Assembly: GCF_048593235.1 (NCBI RefSeq)
Contig: NC_133622.1
Location: 216,721,198-216,785,197, forward strand
Reading direction: 5' to 3'
DNA from: Sminthopsis crassicaudata
Taxonomy: Eukaryota
Length of the DNA stretch: 64,000 nt
Both the position numbers and the translations under genes were made by a program. Under the pieces are notes generated by a model. It was not told where the DNA came from. It made no database searches and saw nothing but the letters and a program-made list of their open reading frames with translations. Of this stretch, positions 24,958 to 37,650 are shown piece after piece (within the stretch, counting starts at the first letter, position 1; the number at the start of each line of letters is the position of its first letter).

Positions 24958-26128
24958 AGTTATGCTATAGTAGATATAATTCTAATAACTTGATGAATAA
25001 TCAATATGTGCTTATTATTTGCCAGGCAATATTTCAAGTGCTAAGACATGAGATCTTTCATGCTTCTTCTAAAAAGATTATTTTCAGTTAACATTGTATG
25101 ACTTCATATGTACTTTGCACATTAGTTTATTGCCTCCAAACTAGAATATGAGATCCTAGAAGAACCAAGATGGTAGAGTTAGAAGGAACAATGGTAATGA
25201 GCTTTTTCCCATAAATCCCTCTGACAATAGAAAATGTAGCAGACATTTTCCTGATGGGAAAATTTTTTTAATGGCAATGATTCCTTTGCCCAGCTTATTT
25301 TAGCATGGGTAAATAGGAAGGTCTTTGGACTCTGAAGATGGGGTTGGACCAGGAGCATGATGTGCTCCAGTATCCAGGTGGAGAGTGTACATTCACATAA
25401 GAGATCTCTCTTATAGGAGCAGAGTACACTGGGGTACTGCAATAAAGCCAAGTGCCCAGGCCCCACCTCACAAATATAGAGTAGAAGGAAAAGGAGGGTT
25501 ATACTGAGAGGTGACGCTGGGTAGAGAATCTCTAGATGGTATACCAAGAAAAGAGCAAATTCAGAAGCCAATGCAAAACAAAACAGAGACTCACTTCCAA
25601 TATCTAGATTAATCTGCAGAAGAATAAACAGGGCAGGAATCCCAGACCAAAGGTTGACCCACTATTCTGCTTCTCTAAGATCAGAATTTTCCAACTGACC
25701 AATAGACATTGAATCCAGCAGCCGTCTACTATTAAGCTTAGCAACTTGCCAAGCTTAGAATAGGAGAGCAACCATCAGACTTTTCCCTGAATCTAACCAC
25801 CTGGGAAGCACTGAAAATTTAACATTTCTCAGCCTCTCTCTGGAGACTCTAAAATAGTACAACCTTCAATGCCCTCCAAAAATAGCAACAAGGCCAGACC
25901 TAATCCCTAAAAAGCACAGCAGTACCTAATCCTAACATTAAATCCAATATCAGGAAGCATACTAGAAAAACAAACAAAAAAAGAAAGCCCACCAGAACTC
26001 TGCCATATGGTGGTCTAGTGCTTAAGCCACTAATACAGAACACCAAAATATTTATGAGCAAAACCTTAGGGTAAAACACAAGTTGGGCATAAATTCAACT
26101 AAAATTCTTGAAAAAAATGTGATGCAAG

Positions 26129-27075
26129 ATTTTTTTTTTAAGATTAAAAAAAATTTTATTAAAGCTTTTTATTTTCAAAACATATGCATGGATAATTTTT
26201 CAACATTGACCCTTGCAAAACCTTTCGTTCCAAATTTCCCCCCTTCCATCCCCTACCTTAGATGAAATCCAATATATGTTAAACATATTAAAATATATGT
26301 TAAATCCAATATATGTATACATATTTATATAATTATAGTACTGCACAGAAAAATCAGATCAAAAAGGAAAAAAAATGAAAACAAAATGCAAGCAAACAAC
26401 AACAAAAAGAGAGCAAATGCTGTGTTATGATCCCCACTCAGTTTCCACAGTTCTCTCTCTGGGTGTAGATGGCTCTCTTCATCATAAAATCATTGGAATT
26501 ACCAATTATCTCATTGTTGGAGTCACGTCCATTAGAATTGATCATCATATAATATTGCTGTTGCCGTGTACAACGATCTCCTGATTCTGCTCATTTCACT
26601 GAACATCAGTTCCTGTCAGTCTCTCCAGGCCTTTCTAAAATCATCCTGCTTATTGTTTCTTATAGAACAATAATATTCCATAACATTCATAAACCATAAT
26701 TTATTTAGCCATTCTCCAGTTGATGGGCATCCACTCAGTTTCCAGTTTTTTACAAAAAGGGCTACTATAAACATTTTTTCACATGTGGGTCCCTTTCCCT
26801 TCTTTAAGATCTCTTTGGTACATAGGCCCAATAGAAACAAACCAAAGGGTACACATAGTTTGATAGACCTTTGGGCATAATTCTAAATTGCTCTCCAAAA
26901 TGATTGGATTTGTTCACAGGTCCACCAACAATATATCAGTGTTCCAGTTTTCCCACATCCCCTCCAACATTTGTTATTATCTTTTCCTGTCATCTTAACC
27001 AATCTGAGAGGTGTGTGGTGGTACTTCAGTTACCTTAATTTGCATTTCTCTGATCACTAGTGATTTAAAACACCT
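26129..27075 (-). mobile_element. Degraded LINE-1 3' end (ORF2 C-terminus and 3' UTR) nested in an older L1
   Basis: Minus-strand frames give KSLVIREMQIK and GKGPTCEKMFIVALF...WFMNVMEYYCSIRN; T tract at 26129. Confidence 0.9.
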
Positions 27076-28009
27076 AAAATGTTTTTTTTTAAATAAATGA
27101 AAGTGCTTGAGAATAAAATTGGAAAAGAAATTAGCTCTATGGCATATAAAAATGAAAAGGGGATTAACAACTTGGTACAAGAAGTACAAAACCTTGCCCA
27201 AAATGGGGTTGGGTGGAGAAAATCTGAATGAACCATGTAGAAGCCAGTGACTCCATGAGGCAACAAGAAATATTAAAACAAAGTCAAAAGACAAAAAATG
27301 AAAAATAAAATCCAAGGTATCAACAAAAACAAGTGACCTGGAAAACTGGTAGAGGAGAAAAAACAAGAATCACTGGATTATCTGAACACTATAATCCTAA
27401 AAAGAGTCTTAAAACTTTCCCAATCCCTTAGCACCAGAGAGCAAAGTAGAAACAGAATCCACTGATTGCTTCCTAAAAGAAATTCCTAAACACAAATTGC
27501 CAGTAAATTCATAGCTAAAAGCCTAAGCTTCCAAGTGAAAGAAAAAGTACTGAAGCCAGAAAGTGTCACACACGATTTAGTATCAGAGAATTTGGAATAA
27601 GACCTTTCAGGGGGCAAAGGATATGGGCTTTACTCAAGAACAAAGTGCTCAGCAAAACTGAGTATAATGCAAGGATGTGTGTTGTAAAACAAAATTCACC
27701 TCCAAGCATCTCTGATGAAAAAACCAGAGCTTCAGAGAAACTTGAAACTTCAAACATAGGAGTTAAGAGAATAATTAAAAAGTAAATGTGAATGAACAAT
27801 GACAAAGAAACAAGAAAAAATAGTTTATGTTCAAATACAGGGAAATGATACATGTGTCCCCTCTGATCCCTATCACTATCAGCCTCTGTGGAAAATATCC
27901 AATTAGACAAGATCTTAGAATGGTTCTGTTATTCACGGTATGAATTTTGTTTTTCTTCATAGGATTTTGAGGTGAGAAGACAGATCTTGACTGATTAAAA
28001 CAAATTTTA

Positions 28010-28087
28010 TACATGTGCATATGTATATTTTGCATGTATAAATAAACATGCATATATAGATAAACATGCATATATAAATAAACATGC

Positions 28088-28124
<37 letters not shown>

Positions 28125-28130
28125 TACATA
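28010..28130. repeat. TA-rich repeat (ataaacatgcatatat x3, then (TA)n)
   Basis: Direct reading. Confidence 0.85.
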
Positions 28131-29399
28131 AACAGGGAACTCTGATCAACATAATGATCTATCATAACTCTTCGTGATGAAACTTGTTGCCCATCTCCTG
28201 ACAGAGGTGATGGGCTCAGAGAACATATTTTTTTTTTTTTTTTAACACAGGTGATAAGAAATGCTTTGCTCAATTATACTACATGCATGTAACAAATATT
28301 TTGTTTTTCTTGTTTTCTCGCATGGGGAAGGGAGAAGTAAGAAAATTGATCTTTATTTTAAAATAAAATTTTAATTAAAAAAAAAAAAGGATGTGAACTT
28401 TTTTGAGTATAGAGATTGTGTTTTTGCCTTTCTACCTCCAGGTCTTAGCCCAACAACCAGAACAGAATGAAGGCTTAATAAATGTTTGTTGACTTAACAG
28501 TGCCTGGCACATAAAAGGCATTTAATACATGTTTGGCTGAAGTGTTACTTTACTTCACTTATTTGGATTTTTAACTTTTATGTAAAAAAATAAAAAGTAA
28601 TCTGGACCAAAAAAAAATAGAATTATGCAATCATTAGCGTGTATAGCAAAAATTAAACAAAGAAGCAGTTAGATGGAAACAGAGCCAAAACTAGGGCTAA
28701 AGCAGCTAGGCAGATGCCTCAAGCACAATAATCAAGAGAAACTCAACAATTCTTTTCTAATCTGGTGTGAAAGGATTTCAACCCTTATCCATGCAGAGGA
28801 CCCACAATGATGAAATTTCACAGTGCTTTTGAAGTCCTGGAGTATCTACAACTCTATTTTTTTCCTATTATATGGGAAAAAAATAGCATGTTTCTTCTGC
28901 TCTTCACAATATGTTTTATCATAAGTTGTATGTGATACAGTGTAGATTGGACAGCAGACAATAACACTCAGGGGGCACAACTTTTAAACACTGGGAAACC
29001 TTTTTCAAACCTTGGCACTCCAAATGCTTTGTCCTGGCTCTGATTAGAAATTATCTAAATACAATAAATACATAAATCAGAAACGCAAAGCAAAATGATC
29101 TCAGTCTGGGAACTTGTATAACTCTGAAGAAATACAGGAAAGCAAAGCCAAATCTTCAAGCATTCTCAGCAAACTGGAAAAATCCACAACACGCCCCTGT
29201 TTTGATGCTGTGAGCTGAGGAGAGACCCTTGCTTCTCAGAAAGTCACAAGCAAGCACAAAGTCTAGAGCAAGCCCTATTCCACTTGGGGAACAATTCAAC
29301 AAAGTGGATAGAAATAAGACATTAGTACCATAAAAAATAACTATAAAAATTCAGAGAAACTTGTATTAAATACTGCAGGGGGAAAAAAAAAAAAAGCAG

Positions 29400-29680
29400 A
29401 ACCAAGAACACAATTTACACAAAGACCACAGTTAATAATAGAAATGAAACACTGAAACACATCTGAATTCTCATTAATACAGTAACCACACTTGACTCCT
29501 GGTGACTGAGGGTTAGGAATGCCTCCTCCTCCTTGGGAAAGAGGTGGTAGATTACAGCTGTGAAATGAGGTGTATTGTTAGACGTGATAAATGGCTTGTT
29601 TTGCCAGGCAATGTTTTGTGATGAGAGGGATATGATGTAAAAAAGAAACGTTGATAAAATGTTAAAAACAAATTCATTGT
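29400..29680 (+). mobile_element. Old LINE-1 3' UTR fragment
   Basis: Weak similarity to 34420-34680 and 28130-28300. Confidence 0.45.
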
Positions 29681-30489
29681 ATGTTGGATGCAAATAACGA
29701 TACTGCAATTAATGAATCACCTAGGTATCTTAAGATATAATATGCAAAATATGATAATTGGCTACAGTCCAATGGAAATAAACAGTGAGAACTTTAGATA
29801 ATGCAACCATTTCAGGAGATTCCTTATTTGTATTAACCAGAGATAGTCAGACACTATCACCACATTGGTTCATTTTGCCTACCTACTTTCCTCGTTATAA
29901 TAGTTGAATTTGAATGTTTGAAATATTTTGGCTAGAATTTATGTGCTGCTTTAGCTTTAAGATATAAAAAGTATTTTCCATATGTTATCTTGTTTAATTG
30001 TCACAAGAACCCTAAGAAGCAGGAGATACCATTTTTCCTATTTTATAGATAAACTTGGGTTGAGAAAAGTGAATCCCTCTTTGTCCAATGTCATACAGCT
30101 GGTAAGGGGTCAGGTTTCTAACTTCGATTTTCCTCATATAGAGATCACCTACCTGTATAAAAATTATTTTAAAAAAGAAAGTTTTGAGCCAGTGGAGTGT
30201 ATATCTGCTTTACAAAACCCAGCCTAGTTAAGTTTGGAGAGTTTTGTCATCAGAAGTCTGGCTTCCATTTGGCCAATTTCTTTGGCCACAGCAACTCATG
30301 AGACCTTGTAGGTAAAGAGTGTCTGATGCTATCCAGTACAGGAGCTATTCACACAGGTGAAGTGAGGCAGCTTTTCAAGCAATGAAGTGTCTACTTTTTT
30401 CATTTTTCTTTCTCTTCTTTTCACTTTCTTCCTTCCTCCCTCCCTTCTTTCTTTCTTCTTTTTCTCTCTTCCTTTCTTTCTTTCAAGAG

Positions 30490-30815
30490 ACCTATCTGCA
30501 TCCAAAGAGAGAACTATGGAGACTAAAAGTGAATCAAAGAATATTATTTTCACTTTTGTTGTTTTTTGTTTACTTGGGGCTTTTTTTTTCTTTCAACTTT
30601 TGATCTGATGTTTCTTGCACAGCATGACAAATATGGAAATATGTTTAGAAGAATTGCACATATTCAACCTATATTGGATGGCTTACTCTGGGAGGCGGGG
30701 CGGGGGGGGGGGAAGAAAAGTGTGAAACACAAGGTTTAAGTAAGGGGAATGCTAAAAACTATCTTTGCATGTATTTGGAAAAATAAAAAAGTTTTTAAAA
30801 AAGGAAAAAAAATAA
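30490..30815 (+). mobile_element. LINE-1 3' UTR fragment
   Basis: Contains gagagaactatggagact...gaagaattgcacat...aaaactatctttgcatgtatttggaaaaataaaa, the same family as the copies at 62430 and 38825. Confidence 0.75.
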
Positions 30816-31024
30816 GTTTTGAGAAAAATGTTTTCCAAGCTTTAAAGAAATGTAAAACATTTTAACAAGGCATTCTTTACTCATGTAATATTTAATATTT
30901 AGGAGATGTGTAAATATACAAACAGCAATTTTTAAAACTTGTGAATGGTTGTCCTTACACAATGACCAGTAAATAAATCCCTCCCATATTTTTTGTACAA
31001 ACTACATGATTTTGATATACAAAG

Positions 31025-32667
31025 ATTCTGTTGTTGTTGTTTTTTTATTACATTGACAATGTACAACCAAGATTATTTACAATGCAAAAAAAAAAAAAAA
31101 AAAGGATAGAAACCACAATTTAACATTCTGCTACTGGCAGCCACTATTGCTTAGGAGGTAGCTTTAATTAACAAAATGAACTGAAGCCACATTTCCCATC
31201 ATATGTTCTATCAAATAATTTACATACAAAGATAAAAATTCATTATATGCACAGTATGTACAGTTTAAACTTTAAAACTGCAATCTAGCTTAAATTTTTT
31301 TTTTCATATTTCCAGAATAACTGGTAATGGCAGTGGGTTGGCTACTGATTTAGCCTATTGTTCAAAACACGAATTGGACAGCCGGGATTGGTTACGAGAC
31401 TTCACAAGGCTTTGAACTACAGGCCCACTGACTAAAACTTGGTGATTTGGGATTGTTTTTTGTTTTTCTTTTTGTAAAGACAAAAGCCTTTTTGAACCTC
31501 AGTGATACCTTTACCTTACTTTATCTCACTAGATCTTCCCAGTACCTAAGCTACTCTCTGTTTACAAATTAGGCACACTTTGGGGAACTATAAGAACGCT
31601 AAGAAAAATAATGCAAGTTCTGGATAGCACCTTAGGTATAGAGAGAACTCAGTATCCTGGGAACTATCTGTTTAAGTACTTCAAATCATATTTAGTCTTG
31701 AGTTTCTTCCAATTAAATCTATTCATTCCCCCCAAGTCTACTTTGATTTCAGTATAAATCAACATATAAACAGAAACCATGCCATGCAAATTGAAAAATA
31801 TGTGTAGAGCCCACGATGTTATGAAAGTTTTGTTTTGGAAAAACAAATGGATCTTCTGGCACAGTTTTGGTACCAAAAAAAAAAAATCCCATTTCACTCA
31901 TTTTAAACCAATTAATTCTATTAAACTTTAGTCCTTTAAATTGTTCTTGTAGAAGGAGCTGAACTATCTCAAAATATGAAGGACAAAATTTCATTAAAAC
32001 CATTTTTAATAAAAGAAAATAACCATTCAAATTCCACCATAATCTTGACAGCTGTTAATATTTTAAATTTAGTAGCCTTTACAAATCTGGGGGTTCATCA
32101 ATTCTTAAACAAAATCTTATTCTCTTAAATCCAATATTGAAACATAAACCCAAGTTTTGATGCCTACACCCCCTCGCAGTTATGTCTGGGAGACATTCCC
32201 TTATTGGCTCTGCACGACAGTGTCCTGAGATTAATGATGAAAATGCCATACAAAGTAGCAAAGAAATTTCCCCCCTGTAGGAAGTCACATTTTAAACTAA
32301 TTCTCTTATATTAACAGCTGTTCTTTACCTTGTGCTTAACAGGGAAGTGGTGATGAAGTTTGATTCTTGCAAATCAGATGAAGCAAAATACAATTAGGGT
32401 GCATTAAAAAGTTTTTCCATATAAAAGGAGGGACAGTCCTTGGAACGGGATCTTTGCTGCTTACAATCCAGGTCCCTGTTCTTTAAAAATGTACACTAGG
32501 AGAAAATAGCCTGCCACCTTCTCTTTTTATTAGTGACCCCAGGCAGGAACAGAAGTGCTTTCTCAATGAAATGTCACAAGAGCCAACACTTACTCGAGAA
32601 AAATCGTACTTTTACTTTGTAAAAGGGGACGGGGGCGGGTGACCAAAGAATAACTTACTGACAGTCG
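31025..32667 (-). other. LGR4: LGR4 3' UTR (about 1.64 kb; end approximate)
   Basis: Repeat-free stretch from the stop codon to the first well-supported AATAAA; L1 debris begins just beyond it. Confidence 0.7.
31044..31049 (-). terminator. LGR4 polyadenylation signal AATAAA
   Basis: Minus strand reads ...TGTACATTGTCAATGT-AATAAA, with UGUA motifs upstream and U/GU-rich sequence downstream. Confidence 0.75.
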
Positions 32668-33610
32668 TCAGTCTTTCACTCGGGGGATGTTGTAAGCGTA
32701 GCGGACCAGAGGGAAGCCCCTGCTCTGGTAGAAGCAGGCCCGCCCACAGGCCTGCACTTGGTCCGAGCTGTCGGAGACGAACGAGTCTTCTTCGTCCGCA
32801 TAGTCTGAGTGGGCGGACTGGGTCCCACAGTCAGACCAGTAGCCGTCAGGCCGCTGGCAGGGCGCCACGGCCAGTGCAGGGCAGCTGTGGGACTTAATCA
32901 AGTGTTTGCAGGCCACCGGCTTTGTGAGGAGGAAGGACTCACAGCAGTCGCACACGGTTAGGTTCCCCTGCAGATGGGAGTACATGCTGCAGTCGTAGTA
33001 GAAGTCCTGGGCCACGCAGCCGGCCTGGCTGCTGACGGCCACGGCCACAGGCCCATTCTTCCTGGCCATGTGCCGCCGCAGCGACTTCCAGTCTTCCTTA
33101 AATCTAGGGTTGAAGAAAACGTACAGGACCGGATTCAGGCAGGCGGGCAACGGGAAAAAGATCAAAGTGACCGATTTCATGATCTCTGGGCTGACGGAGA
33201 TGGCGGTGATCAGGGGCGCAAATGAGAAAAACGCCACGGGGCAAAAAAAGATACAGTTGGTGAAGATGAGCCAGGCCACGTGCTTGATCATGCTCGCCTG
33301 AGAGTGCTCCGAGAGGTCCTCCTTCTCCAGGTTGCAGTAAAGCTTGGTGTAGATAATGGCCATCAGGAGGAAGGCCAATGAGTTCAGGAGCACAAGGGTG
33401 ACGGTGAAGCCCAAGGACGCTGTTTCGCCAGTGGGGAAGGGCAAGCAGAGGGGAGATGCGGAATATTCCCCTCGGTGGAAGAGGGGCAAGCAGCCGGCCA
33501 CCGCAGCACACAGAAACGCCAAGACGGCGGCCGCCTGGAACTGGCGCAGGTGGTTGCTCTTCCCATTTTTCAGGATCTGCCTGGCGGATAAGCTTCGTTC
33601 TACAGCTGCG
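32590..33610. promoter_or_regulatory. CpG-island-like segment within the LGR4 terminal exon
   Basis: About 59 CpG in about 1020 bp by hand count, against very few in the LRR exons and introns. Confidence 0.7.
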
Positions 33611-33944
33611 AGCATCAATAAAAATATGGCGCTTTCTGACGAAAACACTGCAAGGAAGCCAGCAACTTTACAGCCATTGCCTGTCTCCCACCAGATCCCA
33701 AAGTCAGCGAATCTGCCCCAAGAGACGGCATCCAGGAAAGTTAAAATGCCAGTATAGACTCCCGTGAGTAAGTTAGACACAGAAATCAGGCCTATGAACA
33801 GCTTGGAGGAAGGCCATGGAGCACGGGCTGCAAATGTCGTGACAAGGACAAGCAGATTGAAAAACAAGGCAACCAAAAAAATAAACCACACGGTGAGACG
33901 AATCATCCAGCTCCCCAGGAGATATTCACAGGGCTTAAAGGCAC
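32668..33944 (-). CDS. LGR4: LGR4 exon 18 coding part (1277 nt; AFKPCEYLLGSW, 7TM domain and C-tail ending ...VRYAYNIPRVKD*)
   Basis: Acceptor ttcttag|GT GCC. Seven hydrophobic segments, NPVLY in TM7 and an LGR4-type C-terminus; TGA at 32670-32668. Confidence 0.98.
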
Positions 33945-34264
33945 CTAAGAAAGAAAAAAAAAAGCAGTTTTAAAAAATGAAAGTGTTTTCAGGTGCCATA
34001 CTTCATAAAACCTAATGGTCATTTTTCTGCTTCTAGAACCCAAGTGATCTATCAAATTAACTTTAATATCAGATGATTTCTAAGAACAATTTAATTTAGA
34101 ATAATCTGAAATAATTAATTTGAGTTTCTTCTAAGTTTTCTTTAAAAGAACTGCTAAGGTCATCAATGATGTTTAAAGTCTCATTATACTTATCTATGAT
34201 ATAATTATGTCCTTCAAAGTGTTTTCATAAGGCCCCATATGTAGAAAAACACTTAGAGAAGTTT

Positions 34265-34800
34265 TGTTTTGTTTTGTTTTTGGTAGTAGCAAAGAAACCA
34301 GAGAGATATCCATCTATTGGGGACAAATTAAGGTACACTAATATAATGGAATTAAAAACTATGTCTTAAAAAGAGATAAAATGGTTTCAGAGACACCTGT
34401 GAGGCCTTTTATGGACTGACTTGCATCAGAAGTGAAAAGAACAGAACTAGGAATGCAATTTATGCATTAATAATCTGTAAAGGCAAACAACTCTGAAATT
34501 AAAATTCCGATATCTGCATGATCAACCATGATTCCAGGACCAATGATGAAGCACACTCCCTCCTGCTCCTGGCAGAGATATGAAGGACATCAGGAGCAGA
34601 ATGAGACATATATTTTTGAAGCCTGAAAATGTGGAAATGTGTTTTGCTTGACTATGTATATGTGCTAGAAGGGTTTTCTCTTTCTTCTCCAATGGTTGGG
34701 GGAGTGAGGGAGGAGAGATAGAAGATTATAGACAAGATAGGGAGGGGAAAAAAAGAGAAGAAAAAGAAAATTCTGAGAAAGAACAGAAGGGAGGCCAGAA
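34265..34800 (+). mobile_element. Old LINE-1 ORF2 end and 3' UTR fragment (LGR4 intron 17)
   Basis: Contains caaacaactctgaa...gatcaaccatgattccag...gcagaatgagacatatattttt, resembling older marsupial L1 3' UTRs. Confidence 0.6.
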
Positions 34801-34820
34801 AGAAGGACAGCTTTGAAAGT

Positions 34821-34886
34821 CATGCACTTAAAAGGAAAAGGAGGACAGAAAAAGCCATGCACTTAAAAGGAAAAGGAGGACAGAAA
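34821..34886. repeat. Tandem duplication, 31-bp identical unit with 35-bp period
   Basis: catgcacttaaaaggaaaaggaggacagaaa occurs twice. Confidence 0.9.
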
Positions 34887-34926
34887 TAATTGAGATCTGC
34901 AGCAGCTCCATATATCCTTCTCTCTC

Positions 34927-35056
34927 TTTTTTTTGAGGAGGAAATTGGGGTTAAGATTAATTGGAGTCACACAGCTAGTAAGTGTTAAGTGTCTGAGGCT
35001 GGATTAGAACTCAGGTCCTCTTGACTCCAGGATCAGTGCACCATCTAACTGCTCCC
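34927..35056 (-). mobile_element. WSINE1-like SINE
   Basis: Same core as 44495-44641, with an A tail. Confidence 0.75.
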
Positions 35057-37389
35057 ACCTTTCTCTTTTCCCTTTCTACTCTGTATTGTAAAAGGCTCAA
35101 TTCTCCTTGGGGTTTAAGTTAGAAAAAAGATTTTTTTGTTTGTTTGCTTTGTAAGGACTTTCACTTCCATTATTTCATTTGAGACTCACAACTTCCTAAG
35201 ACAAGTAATTCTCATTTTCTCCTTCCTGGTGGGAAACAGACCTAAGACAGTTAAATAACTTGGGCGAGATCCCAGAGCAATCTTCCCACTATAATGGGGT
35301 GCCACTCAAGAGTTTGCGGAATGCAAGAATGTGCTCAATTGTGCCTCGTTTTGCATTAATACACTTGTCCAAGAGACCTAATTAGTTATGGCACACTGTA
35401 GTTGCTTAAAAAGCAAGCATGAGCAGACACCCCACATTGGAGCTATCTGACAGAAAACACTGAGCTTCAGGTTCGCCCTGAGACACGTTCTGAAGTGTTC
35501 TCTCTCCACATGTGAACCGTTAGGAAGCCTGCCTTGCTAAGTGCCATAAGCAGTCCAGACTCCCACTCTGAAAAGCTCCCTTCATAGAAACAACTGAAGT
35601 TCGGGGCCAGAGCTCCATAGGCCATCAACCATTCCACATTAAAGGACTGGATCCCTTCAACTCTATCCTTGTTCCCAACCGACAGGAAAAATAAATTTTC
35701 AGCGAAAATGAGGAAATTTGTTCCATAGATCAACAAATAAAATAACTGCCGAGCTTATGGTGACTGTAAATGTAAGAGCTCTGTGGGCTGCTTCTTGTAG
35801 ACTTTGGCGAGGACTAATGCACAAAGTGAAATACATTACGTAAATTTGCAGGACGCTTTGTATTCTCATTCATTCAACAGATACTCACAGGGCCTGGACT
35901 AAACGTCAGGCCCAATGCCGGGTGCCACAAAGAATACAGAGACGTATAGTGTGGACAAGCAGGGAAATAATCAGGAAGATGACGGCAGATGTGGTATGAG
36001 CATGGGGTAGGTCAATTTTATGAACTAGTTTTTTATAGTTGAGGAAATTGGAAATAATCTCTGTTTATGTTATACCCTGTAAAGCCACAGCCCCACAGGG
36101 GAAGAGGAAAGGACACTCACAGCTATAGCCCAGACCACCCTCTAAGATGGGGAACCTCAGGCAAGTGACTAACCAGCTATCAGTGGGTGGAAGGGGGCTG
36201 AGGAAAAGGGCTTCCCCCAGGCAGCCTGCAGGCATTCTGCCTGTCAGCCCCTTCTGGGACGGGGGAGAACTGCCTCACTCTCCCAGGACAGAAGGGAGCA
36301 GCTGGTCATTAAACCAAAAGAAACTCTGGGGATGCAAGTCAGTAGCTGTGACAGCAAAAAGATCACACTCTTGCTTATCCGGGGGCTGGTGCTTCCATCT
36401 TCCAGCAGTTAGAGAAATGAGGTTCTCCCTCCCTTCCCAAAATCAAACTTCAGAGTGTGTTTCAGAGTTCAGCGGTGAGCACAGCCCTGCTTCCAAATCT
36501 GGAGGTGGTTGTTCTCCCCACTGCCCTGGGGTCCCAATGAGTCACAAAAAAAGCCCTACCTAAAAGTCAGTGGTTTTGATTCTCTGTGCTGAACTCAAGG
36601 CCTCGGGCTACACTACTGTACCATCAAACAGATCTAGCGTATATCAAACACATTCTATCAGCTACATTTTATTTCATCTTTCCTTTCAAAGTAAAATTTC
36701 AAATTACTTTTCACTTGCGGCCCTTCCTCTCTAGGAATCAAAGTCGGACATTAACATAGGTGCTTGTAGCTTACTTCCTTCCTCTATTTTTTTAATCAAT
36801 GTAAACAGTGAATAACAGAGGAGGGAGGAATTTTTCTTTTTGGTTTGGTTTGGTTTTTTTAAAAATGAGAACTTTTAAAATCCAGCAACTGTGTCCCCCT
36901 AGAATCCAGGAATTCTAAGTCAGTCAATCAATCACCATTTATTAAGGAATTATTATTATGTGTCAAGTACTATGCTGGGATACAGAGAAAGGTTAAAAAC
37001 TCCAATCCCACATCCTCAAAGAGGCCAGAGGATTAAAGAATCTGGGCCTTGGAGTGATGGACTTTGTCTCCATCAGAATGGAAGTTCCTTGAGGACAGGG
37101 TCAGAGTTGTATCTAGCACTGACAAATCATGGGCAACTTTATAAATGCTTATTGATTAACCAAGGAGACCAGAATTCAGATCCCAACTTACTAGATGGGA
37201 ATTCTCATTTTTCCTCAAAAGCTTCAATTTCTTTTTTTTTTTTTATAAAATGAGAAAATTAATATTTATACTTGCTGCCTTTACAGGATGGTTATGAAGA
37301 AGGCAACTTGTAAACTATAAAAATTTCAGAGAAATGTGAGCTATTAAACAAAGTGTCCCAAAAATCTGATGGCATAGTTAAGCTTTACT

Positions 37390-37650
37390 AGGCAGCCAGG
37401 TGGCTTAATGGAGAGAGTGCCAGGCCTGGAGTCAGGAGAACTTGAGTTCAAATCTACCTTCTAATGTTTACTAGCTGGTGAGACCTGGGATAAGCCACTA
37501 ATCTCAGTCCCTCTCAATTTCCTCAACTAAAAAATAAGGATATTAATAGCACCTACCTCTAAAGGTCACTATAAGGACCAAATGAGAGAATATTTATAAA
37601 AAGATTAGGCAAAGGGTCTGGAATACAGTAAGCCTTTAAATAAATGTTTG
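37390..37650 (+). mobile_element. MIR/CORE-SINE
   Basis: A/B boxes, core ctcaatttcctcaact, and an L2-type tail. Confidence 0.7.

Larger units (their letters stand above)
25560..28390 (+). mobile_element. Old fragmented LINE-1 (5'/ORF1 remnants and 3' UTR with A tail), interrupted at 26129-27075
   Basis: 27080-27780 resembles marsupial ORF1 (TSDLEN...RITGLSE); 27780-28390 resembles an L1 3' UTR ending in an A run. Left boundary is uncertain. Confidence 0.6.

Noticed and set aside
32974-33973. Plus-strand and alternative-frame ORFs over LGR4 exon 18
   Set aside because: These are shadows of a GC-rich coding exon, with no independent support.
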